Part shown: piece after piece, positions 38,001-48,400 of the stretch
How the letters are laid out: each line of letters begins with the position of its first letter
Position numbering within the stretch: the first letter of the stretch is position 1
Origin: Monocercomonoides exilis PA203
Taxonomy: Eukaryota > Protista > Preaxostyla
Reading direction: 5' to 3'
Length of the DNA stretch: 64,000 bases
NCBI GenBank assembly: GCA_001643675.2
Contig: LSRY02000011.1
Coordinates: forward strand, 372,001 to 436,000
Made by a program: the position numbers and the translations under genes
Notes under the pieces: model-generated
What the model saw: only the letters and a program-made list of their open reading frames with translations
Database searches by the model: none
Told to the model about the DNA's origin: nothing

Positions 38001-41000
38001 AGTCGGATATGATGCAATTGCAACTCAAGGGAACATTTTAATTTCATCTGGAGCAAAAGAAGAAGATGTTTCAAAAGAAAATTATGAAAGTGTGAACAAT
38101 GCTCTCAAAACAGAAGTGCAAAATCAAGAAGCAAGCCAAACTACAAAAACAGAACAGAACATTTCATCTGTGCAATCACTTCCTTCGCAAACACCCTTTT
38201 CACTTCCGCATTCAACTTCTGCTTCACCAGCTCATTTTACCACTCATTCGCCATTTCATTCAGATGCGCTCAATTTGCATCAGTCTCCCGCGAAGTCCAG
38301 TGCTTCTGATTCAGATATTGAAAAGAATGCGCATCCAACTATTGAACGCCTTCAAACTGCTTCTATTTCAGATCAGACACAAACGTCCACAGAAAAGCCA
38401 ATGGATTCACATTCTCCTTCAGTGAATGTTCCTTTGAATGAGCATCCATTTACCGTTGAGCCTGCTGTTGCGGTTGCAAAAATAGCTTCTCCTGTGACGT
38501 CTTCAAAAGAGTCAAATGAAACAAATTCTTCGCTGTCTTGCGATTCACCTCATTTTCCTCTAACTTCAACTGCAAATGAACAGCTTGCTAATTCAATAAG
38601 TTCTGATTCTGGAAGACATAACTTTTCAGAGCACATTTCCACTGAAAGCAATAAAGAAACAATCCAACCCATTTCACCAACTGCACAAGGCGCAGTGTGG
38701 AATTCTTCATCACCACAGATGCCAGCAGCTCAGACGTTTCCACAAGAATTGGCATTTGCATCATCACACTCATTCAACAATCTTCCTTCTTCTGCCTTCT
38801 CACCTCTTCCATCTCCAAAAGCATGTGACTCGTCTATGATTGACATGTCAATGATATCCACTATCTCTTTGCCAAGCCACACAACAATGATATTGTCAGA
38901 AAATGTTCCATTATTATTGTCATCTTCTTCTTTCAACATGCATCAAGCATCAAATATTCAAACATCACTGAAACAAGACACTCCGAACAAGAATCAGCCA
39001 ACAGAAGAACATTCACAATCTGAGCGCTTGCTTCAACCCTCTCCAAGAAATTCGGCAGGCAGTAACGAGTCTGATAAAGCTGCTGTTTGCTCCAATGAAA
39101 AACAAAATACAGATTCAAAAACAAAAAATGAAGACAATCCAGCAAAAGAGCAGAACGAAAAAGAAAAGGCAGCAATGAGCAAGTTGGGTCCAGCAACAGC
39201 AATAAAGTCATTGACTGAACATTCAGTGAATCACTCTCTTCTTCCTCCTTCTTCCTCTCTTTCTGTAACTCCGCCATCGAATTCAATAACACCCACACTT
39301 CATTCAACGCCTGTTTCTCTATCAGTCTCACCTTCATCATCATCCTTTGCACCACTAACATCTTCTCCATCTGGAAGATTTTCAGTGTCTTCGTCGTTTC
39401 TGCTTTCACCTGAATCGTTGAAGCGGAGGCTGCTTGAAGAGAAGGCAGAAAAGGAAGGAGAGAAAGAAAGCAGAGAAGCGAAAAGGAAGAATGAGAAATC
39501 GATCAGAAACTCTTTGGAAAGCAGATTTCATGAAAACGAGGAATTTGATAAGCAAAGAACTGCCAAAGAAAACATGAAAAGAAAACAAAGAGAGATTCAT
39601 CTGGAATTGGAAAAGGAAGAAGTGCGAGGTGAGGAAAAGGCAGCAGAACGGAACATCTCATCAAAAGACAGATTTCGCGATGAAGAAAGCATGAATGGAA
39701 CATCAACCGAGGAAAAGGCACATCGCAGCTCACACGTTGCCAGCAGCCAAGCATCGCCTTCTGAAAGCTCAGCCGGAAGGAATTTGCGTTCTCCAGCAAA
39801 AACAAGTTCTGCGGAGCAACACACTGCAAATCACTTGAATCGAGTTGAAGGGGAGAAAGAGCACACAAAGCACACGAGCCATTCTCATATGTTGCTTCTC
39901 AACACATCCACAACTCACACAGTCTTGTCAACCACTCACATCCGTTGCAAACACCCGGCTCTTCAGAGCGATGCGATTCAACTGATGATTTTGAGGATGA
40001 GGATTCTGATTATTCTGCGCCTTCTGCCTCTTCTGTTTCCTCAGCATCTCCATCTTCATCGATCTCTCCAAAACCAAGTGACAAACTGCCATTCCGCTTT
40101 GGCAAAAAAGAGAATAAGAGCAGAGAAAAAGAAGAGAGAAACAACACAAAACGAGGTGAATCAGAACACGATGAATATTTGGGATTCTCTGAATTCTCTG
40201 AATTTCGAGTGTCATCTCCACCATCTCATCCATTTTCACATTTCCCTTCTTCAGAAGTGTTGCATCAGTCTGATCCGCATTCTCTTCCGCTTCCCACTTC
40301 TCATCCGCTGTCTCCCCGCCAGTTTGAGCATCAAGTTGAATCGTCTCAGCACTTCATGCAATCGACATCTGCACCGCTGACATCACCAGATCGAATGAGG
40401 CAGACACTTGCAACGTATCCTTCGTCTGATGCATCTGCACCCAATCACACATCTTCTTCCTTTTCACCAACATCCACAGCATCCTATTCAACTTCTTCAT
40501 CAACTTCATCGTCCTCTTCTGAAATTGTGATGCTTCGAAGTGATTTGAACGAGATGAAGACGAAAATAGAAATGCTTGCACGGCAAGTCACAGACGCTGA
40601 CAAAAGAGAGCACGAATGGAAATGGAAAGAAGAAACGTGGAAGAGGCAAAAGACAGAGGCTCATGAAAGAAAAGAGATGTGGAAGGACAAAGTGGAGAGA
40701 ATGAAGAGAAAAGGAAAGGCAAGAAAGCGAGACGAAAAGAAGAGATGCTGCACGAAAGAGTGAAAGAGAACGAAGTGAATTGAAAGCGAGACTGAAAGAG
40801 AAAGAGGATTCACTGCTTAGAACACAGGAAGCGCTTGCAGCTTGCAAAAGAGAAATTGAAGAAATGAAAAACAGAAACGAGATTGAGATTGAAGAGATAG
40901 AAAAGGAGTGGCGTGAAAGGTGGAGGGAAAGAGAGCGAAAAATTGAAAGTGAAGAGAAAAGGAAGACAAAGGCAGAGGAGAAAAAATGGAAGGAAGTGAT

Positions 41001-42213
41001 TGATAGAATGAACGAAGAAAACAAGCAGGAAAGGCAGAAAAGAAGAGAGGCAGAAGAAGAGTGTGGGCGGATGAAAGAAGCGATGGAATTTGACAAGCGA
41101 GAAAAAGAAAGGCAGCTGGGAGAGATTGCGAATGAAATGAGAGCTGAATGGAAAAGAAAGATGGAGCGAGACAAGGCAAATGTGGAGGCAGAGCTGAGCG
41201 AGATGAAGGAGAAGTGGAGGAATGAAAAGCAGAGTTTGACAAAAGTGAATGAAGAGCTGGAGAAGAAATTGGAAGGGGTGAAAAGGGAAAACGAAGAGAT
41301 GAAATCAGAAAGGAAACAAATGAATGGAGAAAAAGCAGAACTGGAGGAAGCAAAGAATGAGCTGGAAAGATCGCTGAAAGCTCAAGGAAACGAGATGGAA
41401 GAATTGAAGCGGCGCGTACGAGATGCAAATGATGAAAAAGAACAGCTGAAGCAATCTGTGGATTATTTGAACAAGAAATTGAGGGAAGAACAGAATTTGA
41501 GAGAAGAGGAGAAAAAATCGTGGATGGAAAGAGAAAGAGCAAAAGCTAGAGAATATGAGAGAGAAAAGGAATATGAACGGCAGAGAGAAAGAGAAAGAGA
41601 GAGGGAATGGGAAAGAGACAGAGAACACCAGAAAAGACTTGAATCGATAAGCAATCTTCGATCATCATATCCCTCAGCATCGTTTTCTTCATCATACACA
41701 CCCACTTCCCTTTTTTCTCCATATCACTCTGATGTTTCTGTGCTTCCTTCATTTCCCACAAGTTATTCGAAATCGCTGCAATCTCCTCCAGAATCTCCAC
41801 ACACGAAACTTCTTTCTTCTCCTTCCTCGTCTCCAAAAACTGTGTCACAACATTCTCTGCAATACCCATCTCCTTCAGACTCGGCAATTTCGTCTCCGTT
41901 TCGAGCAACAACTCAGGCACACTCATTTTCATCAATGCAATCCACATCATCAACTGAAGCATCCTCCTCTTCCTCTTCAGCAAGTTCAAGACTACCAGAA
42001 GCAGCCATTCTAAATGAGCTGCAAAAAGCACTCAGTGCAAAACAGATGGAATTTTCATCGTTGCAGTCTGCATTGGCGCGAATTGGGCGAAAAGGGCAGC
42101 GCCAAGCAGAAGTGAAGAGAGAAAGAGAGAAGACAGAAAACGAAATGAACCAAGTTGAACGAGAGATAAACGAACTGAAATGCAGACTGCGGATGATGGT
42201 GGCAAAAAAATAG
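35039..42213 (+). pseudogene. One large low-complexity gene with a C-terminal coiled coil (~2300 aa), broken by an in-frame TAA and frameshifts
   Basis: ORFs 35233-37083 and 37180-40380 share a frame and are separated only by TAA at 37081. The protein-like reading shifts frame near 39850 (GAAGGGGAGAAAG) and again near 40707 (AAGAGAAAAGG), with a possible further shift near 35145. E/K/R heptad-rich region at ~40530-41640 and ~42010-42200. No recognisable catalytic domain. Could be an intact gene with assembly errors. Confidence 0.6.
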
Positions 42214-42480
42214 ATCATTTCTAAATACACATCTGAATATTCACATTTTTGTGTTTTTGCTTTTGATATGCATATTTCAAAACAAAACAAAAAAAAAAAG
42301 CATATACAAACAGAAAAAAAAAAAAAAAAAGAAAACAACAAGAATTTGATGCATACAAAATTCATATTTCTCAAAAATATAAAAATGAAGAAGGGGCTGT
42401 TGTGTGAACAATTCAGAAAAGCACATGAAAATGATTTTTTTTGGCTGTTTTCTCTTTTGTGTGATTCACGAGCAGCTCTG

Positions 42481-45400
42481 TCACTGCTCCGAGCTCATCA
42501 TCTGCCCAGTGGACAGCCTTTGATCCTCAACAAAGCTGACTGCTTCATAGTCGATTGCATCAGACACGGTGAGCATGACTGTGCCTGCTGGGAAATGCCC
42601 AATGAACTCCCGCTTCAGCCCGACCAGCGTCGGCCTCTCTTTTCGGTCAACCGAAAGGCACTCCTTTATCACTTCGCAATAGCTCGTCTCAATCGTCTTG
42701 CTTGTGTCGGGCCTTTCTCCTCTCACAATCTTATCTCCTGCAACCACAGCCTCATACTCCCCAAACGGGATCTGCAGCGTCAGGCACTCCCACAGCATCA
42801 TCCCAATCGAGAATGCAACAGTCTTCTTCGTTGCATGCGTCTTTGCGCCATTCAGCAGCTCAGGCGCCTTCCACCTCAAACACTCTTTTTTGAAGTCATC
42901 CTCTTCCTCAAATGCTGAAGATGGCGGTGGTGAGCCTCTGCCATTCTTATTGATGGTTGAATCATCAGATGAGGAAGTGATAATGGTGGAGGATGAGATG
43001 GATGAAGAATCAGAATCATCAGAAGATAAATCCGAGTGCATCACAATGCAGATGACCATATGCTCTGAGAAGAGCACAATGTGAGGACTCAAATTGGCAA
43101 GAGATTGGAGTGGATTTTCCATCTCATCGAAAGAGTGGAGAGCGAGATTTGCCACCCAGAACATGATCTGGGCAGCTGTCATCTCCCTCTCCTGCAGAGT
43201 GCCAATTGCCATCTCTTTCTTCTCATTCCTTCCATGAAGCAACATGAATAATGAATCTCGCAGATCCACAATCAGCTTCTCATGAGGAGATGAGCAGGCC
43301 ATTGCATCCACCAAGTTCGACATTGATGAAGTGGTTGGGCACAGATCCTCTCCTCGAACAAATGTTGAATCTGAATCTGAAGTGTCTGTGGTTGAAGTGG
43401 ATGAGATGGAAGGTGATGGTGTTCGTTTTCTCATTTCGTACTCGATCTCTTTCTCATCGATTTTCTCCAGCACCCATTGAGGGATCTTGTCTGAATCTCT
43501 TCCCAAGATGTATTCTGTGGAGCCATTTTCACTCAGCAAATACTCTTCTGACTCAGAATGCTGCATCTCCTTTCCATTCATTCTCTTTTTGATCCTCTCC
43601 TCGTTCTTCTTCTCTGCCTCCCTCTCTGCTCTTCTCCACTGCTCCTCAGGTGACATCTCCATCGTCACCATCTCAAATGCCTTCGGATCTTTTCTGATGT
43701 TATCATTTACTATTTCTCTCAGATCTTTATTCTCATTCTTTGCTTTTTTCCAACGAATAATAAAGGCTATTGCAACAACAAGAACAATCAAAAACAATAC
43801 AGCAAATATCACAATCACGATAATTGGCCAAAATGATTTTTCTTTATTTCCTCCTTCAACAAGTTTTTCATCTCCTTTGGGCTGAATTTCGCTTCTATTC
43901 TTCAGAATGAAAGATTGAGTTGATTTTGGAGCATCCATCTTTCCATATTGAATTTTAACACTTACTTCCATATCGTCTCGAGCATTGCGAATCAAATCTG
44001 CGGAAATCACCCCAAATGCCATATTTTCTGACTCAAACTTAGATTCTTCGAAAATATGAATCTCAAGCATCTCTTCGTCTCCCACTCTGGAAGAGACAAC
44101 GAATGACAGATTACATGGCAACAAAAGAGATCCCTCAAATGCCAATGTTATCAGTGTGTCTTTTTCAAAGCTTTTAACATTCCTCAATGAAGGAATGAAC
44201 AGCGTTGACGGTCTCATATCGGCTATTCCAGCCATTTCACACCCATCATCAAGAATCCAGAGAGACGAATTGTCTCTCCATCCATCACCTCCTTTGAGAC
44301 TGGCAATCTCGAGAGATGCGCCATCTGAGCATATGATGTTCCTTCTTGCAGATGGAAACTTTATGTTCTGCGGATTGTTGTCGGAGAACATCCCCATCTC
44401 AATCATCACTTCTCCTCCACACATTGACATCGCTCCATTTGAACAATTGGCAATAAGCATGTCTCTCATCGTGGAAGAAGAATTTTTCAGTTCGATCATT
44501 GAGCCATTCCATCTGCAAATCTCTTTGCCTTCGTCAATGGCTTCATTGAATGATATGTCATTCTCACTTCCTTCAATCACAGCAGAGTTCACAGAAACAT
44601 CATTGCACGAACTTATCACAATAGCACTTCCTTTCTTTTGGGATGTTCCCTTGTGGGAAAATGAATCATTTGCACAGTACACACTGCATCTGCAGTTCTC
44701 AATGTTCAAAAGTGTGGACTCCTCAGGAGGAATTGTGACGTTTTCAATTTGCATGTGAAGAAGTGTCAAAGATGAATTAGACGAGCTGGATTCGCCGTTT
44801 GACATTCCTTCAACGTTAATTATTCCCATATCAGTCTGAACTGAGCACACTCTTAGCTTCTCGAGAAAGACATCACCTCCAGACGAGTGAATTTTGACCA
44901 ACCAAGCACAACTGGAGGAAATGTGTTCAATCAGCAAATTTTGCATGTCAATTTCTGAATGTTCCAATTCCAAAAGAATAAAGGAAATATGGGCAATCGA
45001 AGAACCATCATTCGCAGTGAAACAACAGGATTCGACTGACAGGATTCCATGGTCTGATAACAAGAATATTGAATGATCAGTGACCATTGTTGATGGAAAA
45101 CAAAAAGAAAGCTTTTTAAAAGCAACTGTTCCAGAGCATTCAATGATGCAGCTCTTGTTTTTGCTGATAGAAGGGCTGATATGGATTGCAGAATTATTCT
45201 TGTTCCGAGACAGCATCTCCATTTCAGAAAGTGTAATTTCGCAATCAATTACACTTTGCTTATCAACAATCAATCTGCTTTCGATCTTGTGTGTGAGATG
45301 AATGAGCGAATAACCTATTGACTGGCATGGAAGAAGGAGCGTTCCACACTGCTGTGTATCTCTTCCTCCATTCTCTGGCTGTGAACTCACAAGGATTGTG

Positions 45401-48400
45401 TCTGCCTGATATATGAGAATGATTTCGAGTAGATCCATTGGCGTTGAGGAGTGTTCGGCTTTGTCTATCCCATAAATCGCATTCAGGTGGACAAACACAC
45501 TCGAATCGAAGTTCATTTTAAACATTGTTTCGTTCACTTGAGTGTTCAGATTGTTGCACTCGATAAACATGTCGCGTCCAACAGATGCAGCGTTTGATTC
45601 GAACTTCAGCGGCTCAATCAGGATTTGGAGTTTGGTCTGCAGTTCAGTTCGTAAATAAATGCCTCCTCCTCTTCCATTGATAGTTGAGCATCCACACATC
45701 TGGACAATGCATTCCTTCAGGTTGAATAAACCATCTTCACACAACTCGAAAAAAACACATCCTCCCTTTCTGTTTTCCATTGCTTGACAACCAGAAAAAG
45801 TGCATTTAATCAAATCCACCTCAGTGCCTGTTGAATCAATGCAACTCAGAGTTCGCCCTCCATCACTTCTTCCATTAACAGAATAGAACACTGAGTTGTT
45901 GATGCATATTTGTTTATCATTCTCATTTCCCCATTCTGCTACTGATGGAATCATATTTATCAGGCTTCCATCGGTCACATTAATGGATTGGAGGCGTGTG
46001 TTATTGATGCTCACATCAACTTTGTTGCTGACCTCGATCATGCTTCTTCCGATGTTGATTGAATTGACATCAAAATCTCGAATCAGCAAGCAACCCTGAA
46101 GGATGTTCACAAACATTGCACGAAGTGGACTTGTGTGTGGTGCAAGTGAATCAAGTGAACAAGATGTGATTGCCAGGAATCCGTCACTGCAAGTTATTAA
46201 TGCCTGGTTCAAGCATGAAAAGTTATCAGTGGTTGAAAACCGAATAAAATTGAATGAAACATCATTTTTCACTTCAAGCATGATATTTTTTGTGGGAACG
46301 TCATTCTCAAATGTCATCACGCTCTTTGCGGGTTCATCATCTTCAGCAGAACACGATTCAACTAAAATGTCTGAAAAGAAACACACATCTGTGACTGTGC
46401 ATGATGCAACAATTCCTATTTTCGGTTCAGAAGTTTTGCTGCTAATTTGTTCCAAGCCTTTCCAAAAAGTTTTGCATGGATCGTCCATGCTTCCGCATCT
46501 CATAACATCATGTCCATTATTCGACACAAATATCTTTGTGCTCTCATATTTGACAAGAAATCGGAAGAGATCAGTGTGCAAAAATGTTTGGTCATCTCCA
46601 ACAAACAGTGAGCCATCTGATGCCATCTGCTCATATTCAAATGCAAATGATTTGTTTGTGACAGTGGAGTTCAAATCTTGGCATGTTAAAAATACGTTTC
46701 CCCCGAATTCTGCTTTGTTATCTCTGAACGAGGGATCCTTTATTGTGAACGCTGAATCGTTTCCTTCCACATCAAGAAAAATTCCACCACCTTTTCCATT
46801 TTTAGCCTCTCCATGCTGCGACCATGGTGCACTGCATAAAGCAAAGCTGCACCCTGTAAGTTTTAAATTGCAATCATTACCAATTTTTCCATAAACTCCG
46901 CCCCCTCCTCCATTTGGCTCTGATTCCACTTTACACTCATTAAAAGAGCAATTGTTCACAGCTACAGTTATGATTGCTCCATTTTCTCTCGAAATGCACA
47001 AGCATGTTCCACAATTTGTTGTTCGGGTTACTGATGAAAAGTTGCTATCGATCATATTTATGGATTTTCCATTTTTACAAAAAACAACGCTGCAATCATT
47101 ATCTTCAAATGATGAAAAGTTCCCATTTTTGATTGTTAAAGATCCTTTTTTTGTCACAGAAATCAACCCTTCATTTGAGCCAGAAGATATTTGGCTCATG
47201 TTCAAAAAGCCCAACAAGCCTTGGACGCCATCTCCACTGACACTTATGAACGCGTTTTCTCCGAAAGATACACCAACAATTTCAAATTGAGAGATATTCA
47301 ACATTCCACCCAGTGCGCAGCAAAAACAATAACTCAAGGCATCATCTGATGAGGATGGAACTGCACCACACATAAGAATGGTCAGCATATTTTCTGTGCA
47401 ACAGAGAAGAGGCTTGCAAAGAGGAAGTGAAGATGGAAGAGAGAACGTGATGTTTGTGAACGTTGTGTTTATCCTTGTTTCCAAATATCCATTCACAGGC
47501 GATGATGAGTCCCCAACAATCTTAATGGTTGTTCCCCTTGTGGATGCTGAAAACTCGAAATCAAACCCTTCAAGCACTGCTGCTTCTTCAAACTGAAACG
47601 GAGGAACTATGCAGATCTTTCTTGTGGAAGAATCAAAATGAGTGCTGATTGCATATTGCAATGTGGAGCATGGAGACACAGCAAACCCACACATGATATG
47701 GTCTGTTCCTGTCGATCCACTCACTGACACAACAGGTGGGAAAGGCTTCCAGAGAAGCACCAAAGGAATTGCAGCACCAATTTCATTTTCGTCAAATCCC
47801 ATCAGCTCATCCAGCACACTGTCATTTGTCTGAATTGCAAACTTCGTTTTGACACACAGCTCAGCAAAATCTGAGCCAACAACAAACACACTCTTTCCGT
47901 ATTCAGCCTGGTTTCCTGAAAATGTTGTTTGAGAGAAGTGGAACATCTTCCCACCGCCAGTGCAATCAATCATAACTCCACCTCCTACTCCTCTTTCGCT
48001 CAGACCCTTTCCTGCACAACATTGTTGGAAGGTTGTCTCAATTCCATTTACTAGATCTTGACATATTTCCAGTTCGCTTCCATCATTCATCTTCACCATA
48101 AGAGCACCACCATTTCCGTCCTGGCATGTGCAGTGACTGAAATTACATTCAGTGAAGCTCAATTTCTCTCCTGCACCAAGAACGGCTTCTATCAAGGAGC
48201 CATTTCCAAATCTTCGCTCAATCCCAGTGAGTGAAGATTGTGTGAAGTTGGTGCATTTTGTGGAAATTATTGAAACAATAGGCTTTCCTTCCATGGATAG
48301 ATGAGTAAATAAGCAACCAACAACGTTCATCATTCCCCCATGCAAATCAATGACGGACTGGGTGAATTGCTGTGTTTGTTCATTTTCCTCACATCTCATC

